The position numbers were made by a program, and so were the translations under genes. From the human T2T-CHM13v2.0 reference genome, Homo sapiens, in NCBI RefSeq assembly GCF_009914755.1, contig NC_060932.1: DNA of 64,000 nucleotides, one strand, 5' to 3'. Shown here piece by piece: positions 13,024-30,954 of the stretch; within the stretch, counting starts at the first letter, position 1; each line of letters starts with the position of its first letter. Below the pieces are notes generated by a model. That model ran no database searches, was not told where the DNA came from, and worked only from the letters and a program-made list of their open reading frames with translations.

Positions 13024-13643
13024 TTATGCAGTGTTATGAAGTTAATAAAAATATGTCTAAAGCTTCCTTTTTATACATGTTGTATATGTCGTGGAAGTTA
13101 CCAATCAAACTGGTTTGCAAAGCATCTCACTTCAGCACTGCAAACATTTATTTTTCCAGGTTAATATTTGCAAGGCTTCAGAGCATACTTTCCTATGCAT
13201 TCATTCTCTTTGCCTTCCCGACCTGAATTCCAATTTCCTCCAACACTGGGCACTCCTTTAGTCAAAAGGTGAGATTACTACTTCTCTCCCAGGACACCTT
13301 CACGTAAGCATCACACGGACTACCGGGATCCCCTGGACCAACCACCTATCAGATCTACCGTTAAAGGACATATGTCATCCTGCAACTAGCCCCAGAAGAA
13401 AATCCTCAGTTTCTCTGTGCTTATTTTTAACCTCATTCTCCACCAGTGGCACATGTGGCTGAAAACAACCATAATGCTTTCAAGGAGGATAGGATTTTTT
13501 TCTTTCTCCTTTCTGTTTATTTTTCCCTACTCTAATATATTTAAATCATTTTGCTGACAGTTACTCATTTTCCTACACTGCTTTTTTCCCCCCTCAACAC
13601 ATCTGTGAATATATTTTAAAATACAGAGATGTAGCATATTTTC

Positions 13644-14008
13644 TGATATGGTTTGGCTGTGTCCCCACCCAAATCTCATCTTGAATTGTAGCTGCCATAA
13701 TCCCCACGTGTCATGGGAGGGATCCAGTGGAAGGCAATTGAATCATGGGAGCAGGTTTTTCCCCATGCTGTTCTTGTGACAGTGAATAAGTATCACAAGA
13801 TCTGATGGTTGTATTAAGGGCAGTTCCCCTGCTCATTCTCTCTTGCCTGCTGCCATGTAAGATGTGCCTTTGTTCCTCTTTCACCATCTGTCATGATTGT
13901 GAGGCCTCCCCAGCCAGGTGGAACTGTGAGTTCGTTAGACCTCTTTTTCTTTATAAATTACCCAATCTTGCGTATTTCTTTATAGCAGTATGAAAATGGA
14001 CTAATACA
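13644..14008 (+). mobile_element. THE1 (ERVL-MaLR) solo LTR
   Basis: tgatatggtttggctgtgtccccacccaaatctcatcttgaattgtag ... gaaaatggactaataca; near-TSD ttttc/tttcc. Confidence 0.95.
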
Positions 14009-14033
14009 TTTCCATTCACAGTTTACTTGAAGA

Positions 14034-14234
14034 TAGGGGTCCTCAACGTGGTCTACACAGATCACACATATCAGCATTATTTGGCAAGCTGTTAAAAATG
14101 CACATCTGTTGCACCCAAGACCTATAGGATTCATCTAAAATCCTATTGGGTCAGAAGCCCTAGGTTGGGCCCAGCTCTCTGTCTCAGCAGTTCGTTCAGG
14201 TCTTCTTTGGCTCACTCACATGTGAGAGCCTCTG
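14034..14234 (+). mobile_element. MER5A (hAT-Charlie) element
   Basis: tcctcaacgtggtc, atcagcatta, gctgttaaaaatgcacat, cccaagacctat, tgggcccagc, tgagagcctctg. Confidence 0.7.
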
Positions 14235-15090
14235 CTCCAAAGTTATAATTCCCAATCCACCTTAGCAAATGGAGGTTCCCTTCCTCCTTATCATAGTACT
14301 GTGAATTACACAATGGTGATTTTTCTAAAGATTTTCCCATTTATAAAGATAAAACTGGGGCTCTGCTGTTTTGTGACTTGTCCAGATGAACTAGTTGGGA
14401 TTTTGGCTGAAGTTGCACCTCCTGGGCCATTGTTCTCTGTATTGTAAATCAAAGGCTCATAGGAAAGCGTAGTATAATTCTCATTCACTCTGGCATATCC
14501 CCAGGATTCATCTAAAATCGTCCTGTTTTTATCCTCCTAGAAAGGTCATGCTATTTTATCTACATGCATTAACATCCATCTAGTAAATTTGTTTCCTCAG
14601 AAAAAGTAGCTTGTTGATTAATAGATAGCCATTAGATATTAACATATGACATTTGGGATATTACATTTATATTATAAACTGGAAATCATTATAAACATTT
14701 CACTACTATTATCCTTCCTTGTGATTGCATATATTAGTTAATGTAGCACCCTGAATGATGTAACAAAAGTGAATCTGATACTCAGTTTCTTAAGAAGAAG
14801 AAACATTTATTTTTCCCTTAAGGTGTGGTCCGGGTGGTATTGATTAAGGTTACAGGTTTCTCTCTCTCTGTTCAAGTCAGCTGCTCTAAAAACTACCAAC
14901 CAGTCACTGGAAAGGAGGAAGTGGCAGGACATGCATTTAAATTCCCTTCTTAGTGGCCTACCTCAGAAGCAGCAGCCCAGATCATAATTGATCTGATCAA
15001 TGGACTGTCTCATTACAATGCCATATTTGACTGTTTTTCATCAGCACCAATAGAAATCAGAATTTGTGCAAGTTGTACTTCACAGCTACC

Positions 15091-15688
15091 TGTAAACCAA
15101 AAACAAAATTCAAAGACCCCTCCCCCAACCACCTGAATGGACTTCCTCCTCAGCTAGGATTCTTTTAAAATTTAACCTAAGAGACTGTTTCAGGCCATGA
15201 CAGGAAGTGGGGGTCGGACATGCCTCATTGTACCTCTCCAACATTAACATCAACACAGACTTTAAGTCTGACAAGAAACATTTTACAACCTATTTTATCT
15301 AAAGCATAGTACCTAAAGGCTTCCTTTGCAAATAAGAACTTGGGTCTCCATAATCCTTTATCTTAACCAAGGCATTCCTTTCTGTTGATCCCAGGTCTTT
15401 AGATCAACTCAACCAATTGTCAATCAGAAAAATTTTAATTCTACCTATAAGCTGGAAGCCCCCACTTTGAGTTGTACCACCTTTCTGAACCAAACCAATG
15501 TATTTCTTAAATGTGTTCGATTGAAGTCTCATGTCTCCCCAAAATATATAAAACCAAGCTGCGCCCTGACCATCTTGGGCACATGTTCTCAGGACCTCCT
15601 GAAGGCTGTGTCATGGGCCATGGACACTCATATTTGGCTAAGAATAAATCTCTTCATGTATTTTAGAGTTTGATTCTTTTCATCAACA
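15091..15688 (+). mobile_element. MER4 (A1/B-like) ERV1 solo LTR
   Basis: tgtaaaccaaaaacaaaattc ... ggccatgacaggaagtgggggtcggacatgcctc ... agaataaatctcttc ... ttttcatcaaca. Confidence 0.9.
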
Positions 15689-16691
15689 TATTTTTTCAAG
15701 TTTTTGAGAGATTAAAAACAATCATAACTTTTGAGTTGCAAAGAGCAGTAGAAATTATTTAATCCAAGTTCTTCATCTGAGAGGTAGAAATACTGAGTCA
15801 CAAATAGAGAAGAATGTTGGTTTGCACAGATGACTGTGGAATCAAAATTGAAATCTCTGGGACCCATATCCCAGGACTGTGCTTTTATCTACTGCCCCTG
15901 TTGCCTTTCAGAAATAAAAATTTCAGAATCCTCAAAAATATTCAATGAAATGTTTTTCTTTGGGAATAAGAGTAGATAAGAGTAGTAATTGAAAAGTCCA
16001 GTGATATGAGAGTACTAGGGGCAGCATATTTCTGAAAATAAACAGAATGTGTGATTTAATACACTTTGGAGTTCAAGCATAAGCATCCTTGAAGTAACTA
16101 TATATCCTGCATCTTCAAGGAAAAGTTCATAAGAGCTTCCTGGAAAAGGTCAGTTCTGAAATTTCTTCATGACTTTCACTAGATAAAGAAGAATAGATAT
16201 TTTTAGCAATGACAGTGTGCTGAGAGTCACAGGTACTCTCAGATATAGTACACCATGTAGTAATTGATATAGATTATAAATAACATTTTTCTTTGTTACT
16301 CTTTGCCTAAAGTGTTACTTTTTATAACAAAAACCTTGTTACTTGATCCAAAGCTTCTCAATCTTTCATCTGAAGTTTTGCAATTGCTCCCTCCCTGGTC
16401 TCCTCACTTTTGGCTTTATCTTTCTGTAGTCTATTCTTCCTCCATTGTCTGTAATAACAGTGTAAACAAGTAAATCACATCATATCTCCCCTATGCTCAA
16501 AATTCTCCAATGACTTTCATTCCCCTTGGAAAGAAAACAGAGGTGCATCATAGTATCCAACATTCTAATCATAGGTTTCTCCCTAAGAACACCAAAAATG
16601 TAGATCCACACAAAAACATGTGTGTGAATATTCATTGCATTGATGTTGATAGCCAAAAACGGAAACAACCCAAATATCTGACAACCCAACA

Positions 16692-22728
<6,037 letters not shown>

Positions 22729-24580
22729 GAACTATTGATTCATGCTACAACCTGAATGTTTGTCAAAAACACCTTACCAAGTGAAAAACACCAGAGACAT
22801 CAATAACAAAATGCTGGAAAAAGCACAGAAAGCAGATAAGTGGTTTTCTGAGGCTGGGTTTGGTGGAAGGATTAACAGCGAAGGGACAGTAAGGAACTAT
22901 TTGGTGTCACGGAAAGGTTCTGAAACTTGCTAGTGGTCTTGTATCTTTGCATACATTAACAAACTCATTGAACTGTAAGCTAAAAATACATGAATTTTAT
23001 TGTATTACACCTCACTAAATCCAATGAAGGAAAGAAAAAGCACTTAGAGCCTTCTCTCCCAGCATTCTTTTTGTTTTGTGCTGCAGCTCCGTTGGGCCAC
23101 TTGAAGTAGCTGCGGGACGCATTGCTATATTCCAAGTCTTCAGTCAACTTATTTTCTCCACTAGGAACAACACTTTCTTCCCTTTACTTATTGGGGGACT
23201 TCAAATTTCTTACCAATTATTTTGTTCCACCCATTCAACGTTTGGCAGAAATTTCTAATGATCTTCTACTTTATGAACGTTTGACATTTTGAATAAATGC
23301 TTATCCAACATTCTTTCACATTTTAGTATCTGTATGCATGACTTCTCAGGTTAAAAACATTCCTCAAGTCAGGCACTCAGAAGGATTTCACCTTGGTAGC
23401 CTTGGTACCTAATTTCGTGCCTAGAACGTAGGAAGTCCTCAGTATACAGTTGCAGTATTAAATTCCTCTAAACATTGACTTCTTTTCTTGACATCTTTTA
23501 ATTCTTAGTGTTAATTTTACTTGAAAACCTCACAAATTTGAAGCAACAGTGAGAATCCTAGCACAGTGGGTGTCCGGGGCGGGGAGCTCTGCCTGATTCT
23601 CCAGCCTCTTCCCTTGAGGTGGGAGGTTCGTTATTTGTAGGAACATCTGGATGGTCATGTCAACTGGGCATCACCCCCTAAATTGAACCTGTGAGGGTCA
23701 GCCCTTATTTCATACCCCCGGGTACTACCCCCTACCCTGACCTTCCTACATGTCACCCCTACCGAAACCCCACCCTGGAGCCCTTTTGTGGGGACTCCCT
23801 CCTCCTGGGAATCCACCAACTCATGCTCTGCCTCAGGTGCCCAGACTGGGCTGGCTGGCTTCGGTGGAAGCGCAGATTCTGACTGTGGAGAGGAACCTTT
23901 GCTAAGCAAGGTTCAACAGAGGCCACGAGATGTGTTACAGGCAGAGTCATTGGACAATAAATTTGTAGGCATTGAAGAGAAAAACCAATTCTTCCTTGAA
24001 GAGTTTCTGAAAACTAAAGCAAAACTCATCAGAATAGAAGACACCAGCAGCATAATTTATTCAGAGGAAGCCACCAGGTGCTAACTGAGATTTGAAAATA
24101 AATCCCTCCCTTTGAAACGTCAGGCATGGCTCGGAATATAAGCAAGACTTTCCCAGGACCTGAAATGGACTTCAACCTGCTGTATGTATTCAAATAGAGC
24201 CTGTTTCTTTAGAGTACTTTTCACGTATGAGAAGTTTTAACAAAGAGCTCAAGTCATTATTAACTCATGCATTATTTGTAAAAGTAAAATTAGTAAATGC
24301 GTGCTTACATAATTTTTCATTTCAGCATTTATTAAATAGGAGGGCTGTCAATTGGGACAGGAGGAAAAATGGAAGTTAGTGTTTTTTTCATCCTCTTCTC
24401 AGAATCTGAAAGGTCTGCCTCTGATAGAACCAACCTAAGACACGGTCCAATAGACCATCTCAGTTGGTTGCAACTCCTTCCTTCCAGTTATTCAGGTCTA
24501 GTAGATTGAAGTAAATTTTTACTTTGAAATACAAATTTTATTTATATTTTTTCCTGCTTATATATTGTCTCTAACATTCA

Positions 24581-25093
<513 letters not shown>

Positions 25094-25227
25094 TCATAAG
25101 ATTTAGCCAAGAAGAGAACAGGTCACAAATAAAAGCTTTGTTTCTGCTAAGAGCTGAAATTAGCAGATTTCATAAATTGAGATTTTATAAGATTTATAAA
25201 TGTTCCAAATATCAGCAGTTGTAGTTC

Positions 25228-25595
25228 TAGCCCCTAATCCCTCAAAATGTGACCTTATTTGGAAACAGGGTCTTTAGAGAGGTAATCGAGTTAAAATGAG
25301 ATCTTCAGGGAGGCTCCTAAACCAATATGACTGGTGTCCTTATTAAAAGGAGAGAGACTTAGACACAGAGACACATGCAGAGGGAAGATGATACGAAGGA
25401 AACCCAGGGAGAAGGCGTCCACCTCCAAGTCAAAAGGAGAGCACTGAGCGATTCTCCTTCAAACCCTCCAGACAAACCAGCCCTGTTGATGTTTTGATCT
25501 TGGACTTGCAGCCTCCAGGACTGAAAGACAATGCATTTTTGTTCTTTAATCCGGCCTGTGGTGCACTGTTACAACAGCTCTAGCAAACGAATGCA
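25228..25595 (+). mobile_element. MLT1A/B (ERVL-MaLR) LTR
   Basis: aatgtgaccttatttggaaacagggtcttt, ccaatatgactggtgtccttat, ttgatcttggacttgcagcctccaggactg, acagctctagcaaacgaatgca. Confidence 0.85.
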
Positions 25596-26334
25596 GTATT
25601 GATTATGGAACCTGGAGGAGACCTGAGAAGCAGTGTCTGGGAGCCACCCTGAGGAGGGCAAAGCCGAGGGCAGGGCACCACCTCGTGTGATAGGAAAGGC
25701 AGCTGAACGTTCCAGGTCCCTTTACTGCAAAGATGGGATCTGCGCACACAAGTCCAGTAATTGACATGAAGACTCGGAGTCCTGCGTGGACGGAGCAGCC
25801 AGCCTCGACATCCGGAAGTCACGCAGGCACCAGAACGCAGCAGATGCAGTGACCTGGTAGGCTGGTACCGACAGCCAAGTAACGCCTTAGAAACTGGATG
25901 CAAGGGGACGGCAGAACAAAAGGGATGGACGGTGCTTTCTCCATAGTAGAAAATGCTAGTCCCTGAGAACTTCAGTCTCTTACGGGCAAAGACTGAGAGA
26001 CGACTTAACCAAAGGCAGGAGTTTTAAACATACAACAATAAAATTTCCTTGAATTGGCAAGTGTTAAATATCTTTCACTGGTGCAATGAGACTATGCTCT
26101 GAGATAATTTGAGTTTTATAGCAACAGCATTAAGTCTTTACATATGTGAGCATATAACATGTGAAATTTGTATATGCAACCCCATGACTGCTTTTTCATA
26201 ACTTTACACGGAGAATGTTAAGGCTAGGTGAAGTGTAGAACTCTTAAACTCGTTTACATTTGTATACAACCTGCTTCATTGTAAACATATAGCAGTAAGT
26301 ACTAAAATATGATTCCGTGGATAACACTGAATTC

Positions 26335-27650
26335 TATCTAATTGAGTAAACATCCATTAAACATTTGTTATGTGTAAGGCCACACAGTCTGAGATACAAA
26401 GATGTTTATGATATTGTCTGTAAGAAACTCAATCCCTTAGAGTAGATAAAAGAGGTAGAAAATGCACAGGACAAACACAAAGAAGTACAAAGCCTGAGAA
26501 GAAGGGTTCGATGCGCGAGCAGTAAGAAAGGCGACAGACATGCTTGATAAAACCTCAGTAATACATTTAAATGAACCCAGGGCCCAGTAGGGAGGCAGTG
26601 TAGCTTTTCGCAGGAAATGAATGCTGTACTGAGAAGTGTCTTGAATTTTAGTTTAAAGAGTATATGTGTTATTTATTAGACAATAAGGCAAATGGAAGTT
26701 TTCAAGCAGCAGAGTAACATGAGTAAATTTGTATTGTAGGCTGTCTACAGTGGGAAAGTATGAGAACTAGCATGCAAAAGCCATATGCAAAACAGTTACA
26801 ATCATCTGAGGAAAAAATAGAAATTACTTGAGTTACTGTGTTGGAAGTTTAAATGAAAAGGAGGAGTTAGGTCTTAATATGAGTAGCATTGTGCAAGTGG
26901 AGTCAATTTGTTACCTTTCTATAGGAAATGGAAGTGGCAGAAAGGAAGAAAACAGAGACTCTAAGATTCTGGCCCTAGGGCCCTACATTAGAATGATAAC
27001 ACTAAGCAATTTCTGAATGTCAAGAAGAAGAACATGACTTTGAGAGGATGTAAGGAGTTCACATATAAACCTGTTCACTTTAAAGTGAAATGAAGTTTCA
27101 TATCTGGATATCATAAATATGAGACTGGAGATGAGCAGAAACATGGATTCAGCAGATGGAGACTAGAGAAGAAAACCCTTACTGAGTCGGAGAGGTGAGA
27201 CAGCTGGATGGAAGTGGAGCTGCAAACAAAAAGATGGTTGAAGAAGGAATATAGACACATTTGTAGCATTTGCATTTAGAGTGGGGTGTTAGAAGGAGAA
27301 ATAACAGCAAAAGAAAAAACAGGTAATTAGAAATACAGGAGGAGAATCAGTATAATGCAATGTGAGAGAAGAGAAAATATTCTGAAAAGGAAAGGTGATC
27401 CAATGCAGGTGCCTTTAGTTTCAAGGAGGGTGAGGACTAATAAAAGGGTGTGTGTGATAATTATCACTTGTTACTAAAAGAATCATTTCAGCAGATTTAT
27501 GTGGATAGAATAAGTCTGTAACTCCACCATCGATAAACGTTGGTGAGGCAGATGAAGCAAGGGTAGGTTGATCTTTTGAGGAGTCAGTCAACGTAGAAAA
27601 AAAGACAAATAAGATGTTGAGGGAGAATCAGGATTGAAGGCATTCTTCAT
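26335..27650 (-). mobile_element. L2 LINE fragments
   Basis: ccattaaacatttgtta, ttttcaagcagcagagtaacatg, gactctaagattctggcc; degraded GA-rich L2 body. Confidence 0.55.
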
Positions 27651-27844
27651 TTTCTTCCTTTGATAAAGAATGTTCTAAATTAAAAAAGGTTGACAGGAAA
27701 ATGCACTTGTACTTACAAGAAACAAAATGTTTAAAAAAAAATCAGAAAGAATCTTAGGTGGAAGACAATGGAATTATTAGACATTGAGGAAATTGGTCTT
27801 CAGAAACAAATCAACGAAACACATAACTAACACACCACATAAAA

Positions 27845-28170
27845 CAGGAAGGAGAGCAGTAAGGAGTTTTAGGAAAGTGAAAATACTCTGTACAATGCTA
27901 TAATGGTGGATACATGTTATTATACATTTGTTCAACCTGTAGAATGTACAAGGCCAAATGTAAAGCCGAATTTTCACCACTGACTTTGGGTGATAATGAT
28001 GCATCAATGTAGGCTCATGGTCCATGTAGGTAACAATGGGGCCACTCTAGTGGGGGATGTTCATAACTGGGGAGGCTTTGCATATGGGGTGGGGCCAGAG
28101 GGTAGATGGAAACTAATTTCTCTTCAATTTTGCTGTTAACTTAAAAGTGCTCTAAAAAAAATAAAGTATG
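27845..28170 (+). mobile_element. L1MC/MD 3' UTR end
   Basis: aatggtggatacatgttattatacatttgttcaacc, gactttgggtgataatgatg, ctcttcaattttgctgttaacttaaaagtgctctaaaaaaa. Confidence 0.8.
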
Positions 28171-29471
28171 TTAAAAAATGAAGGAGACTTTTGAGACAAA
28201 ACATGGAGAGAGAGAGTAGAAATAAGAAGGAAAAAAAGAAGAAGAAGGGAAGATAAATGAGAGCAGCCAAACAAAAAAGTGTCCAGAGAGCATGTGGGGA
28301 GGGGTCAATCGAAGCCATCATTTGCGTTACTGTTTAACCCCACTTAATCAAAAACCGCCCTTCAAAACAGAACACCACACATACACAAATGCCTTTGTGA
28401 AAATAAGAAAGTAACTTTGGATCTGTTTAGTGAAACAAATAATAACCCATGGGATTGGGAGACATCCCGTGCAACTATTTAAGCCGATGCAGATACTTGG
28501 ATCCAAAGGATACCATAAAAGTATGTTTCAAATAAATGCCTTGGCATCTGATCTCAGGTCAGGGCTACAAGGTTCAATTCAATCTCACATGGAGGTCAGG
28601 AACAAAGACATTCAACTGTATATCTTGGAAGAATACTATGTGTTTTCATCATTTTTGTTTGGTAGACAAGAGTGAGTGCAATTGAAAATGAGACTATCAA
28701 AAGTAAGAATAGCAGAATTCTGAGAAAGATGAGAAAATTGATAGCAAATTATATAGAGGACATTGGGACCTAGTTCAGTAAGGAAGGACATCAGGTGAAT
28801 TTCTGCTGCATTTCAAGAGGAACATTTCATTTATTTATGTAAATCCAAGAAATAAAAGAGAAATGATAAAGTCACAAGTTACTGATGTCTTTCTATGTGA
28901 CAACAAGGTACTCAGTTGCCCGACACAAATCTCAAATAATTAACCTGGGAATCATGTCATCAAAAGTCCCATTTTACAGATAAATAACACATGCCAGAGA
29001 TTAGACAGCTTGTGCATTATCACATCACCTACTACATGGGAAGGGCAAGACTCACCCACAGATCCGAAGGCTCTCAACACTCCTCTCCATGTTGTAGTGC
29101 AAACAATGCAGTTTGCATTACAGAATTCCAAAAGCTACACAGAAAGTTAATTCAGCTCCCATGCTTCATATTCATTCTTCTTTAACAAACATTGAAACAG
29201 TCATAGGTTATTGCATTATAAAATATATATATTTTTTGCATATAAAAATGTAAATATGCAAAAATATAAACATGCAAAAAATAAAAATATGCAAAATATG
29301 CAAAAATATATAAAATATAGGTAATTGCAGGTTATTTATAGGTTATTGCATTATAAAAAAATGCCTGTTTGTTCTTGATACTGCTCAATTAAAATATTTT
29401 AGATTACATTAAGGGAATGAGGGTAGATTGTAGATGGAGATTTTTCATGGTCACTATTTAAAACATTGTCT

Positions 29472-30442
29472 TTTGTCTTAATTTTAGATTCAGGGGGACA
29501 CAATGTACAGGGTTGTTACATGAGTATATTGCATGACTCTGAAGTTTGGGCTTCTAATGAGCCTGTCACCCAAGTAGTGAACATAGTACCCAATAGGTAG
29601 TTTTTCAATTGTTAACCCTCACACTTCCCCCTTTTGAACCCCCCAGTGTCTACTGTTTCCTTTTTTGGGGCCATGTGTACCCAATGTTTAGCTCTCACTT
29701 ATCAAGTGAGAAGATGTAGTATTTGGTTTTCTGTTTCTGTGTGAATTCGCTTAGGTTAATGGCCTTCAGCTGCATCCATTTTGCTGCAAAGGACATGATT
29801 TCATTCCTTTTTTACAGCTGTGTAGTATTCCATGGTGTACAGGTACCACATTTTCTTTATCTAATCCACCATTTATGGGTACTCAGGTTGACTCCCTGTC
29901 TTTGCTATTGTAAATAGTGCTGCAATAAACATACGCATGTGTGTGTCTTTATAGTAGAAAGATTTCTATTCCTTTGGGTATAACCCTGTACTGAGATTAC
30001 TGAATCGAATGGCAGTCCTGTTTTTAGATCTTTGAGGGATCTCCAAACTGCTCTCCACAGGAGCTGAGCTAATTTACACTCCCACCAACAGTGAGTGGAT
30101 AAACATTCTCTTTTCTCCACAGCTTTGCCAGCATCTATTATTTTTTTCACGTTTTAATGATAATCATTCTGACTTATTGGCTGTGTGTATGTCTTCTTTT
30201 AAAAAGGATGTGTTTTCATGTCCTTTGTTCACTTTTTAATGGGGTTACTTGTGTTTTTTTTTTTCTTGTTGATTTAAGCTCCTTATAGATTCTAGATACT
30301 AGTTCTTTGTCAGATGCATAGTTTGCAAATATTTTCTCCCATTCTGTGGGTTGTCTTTTCTGCTGAGAGCTTCTCTTGCTGTAGAGAAGCACTTTAGTTT
30401 ACTTGGGTCCCATTTGTCTATTTTTGATTTTGTTGCATTTGC
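29472..30442 (-). mobile_element. 5'-truncated L1PA15/16-like element
   Basis: Antisense 3' UTR ttttagattcaggggg ... gtcacccaagtagtgaacatagtacccaataggtagtttttc plus ORF2 C-terminus (HCWWECKL); flanking cattgtctt direct repeats. Confidence 0.88.
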
Positions 30443-30729
30443 AAAGCATTGTCTTCAATATACTCAGAGTTAATCTTTAAGCTTTGTTCATCTACAGTTT
30501 GACTTATAAATCAACACGGGGTTTGTGATAATACAGCATTTTCGATCAAGTTATTTGTTTTCACTTCCTGGTAGATTTCAGAATATATACGGCTCTTTAG
30601 TATTTTTTTTCATTTTTTAGTATTTTTTCCTTTAAAAAGTTATTTTAAAAAAACCTTAGTAAATCCTTACAAACTTGACAGATTAAACTTATTTGATCTG
30701 TGGTTATAATTGACCGTATTCACTTTTAA

Positions 30730-30945
30730 GTGGCGGCACAGCAGAGATTAGGTTTCAAATGCAGACGCTAAGTCGTGCTTTGTGATGTTGGGCAAGTTTT
30801 TTAACCTTTCTAGACTTTGGTTGCTGCATCTTAAACGAGAATGGTAATTATACCTATCTCAAAGGGTTGCTATGAGAATTAAGGGAGTTAATAAATGTAA
30901 AACCCTTGGAACAGTGTCTGGTAATGAGAACATAAATCAGTTGAT
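30730..30945 (+). mobile_element. MIR SINE
   Basis: tgtgatgttgggcaagttttttaacctttct ... tacctatctcaaagggttgctatgagaattaa. Confidence 0.8.
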
Positions 30946-30954
30946 TAAAACCTA

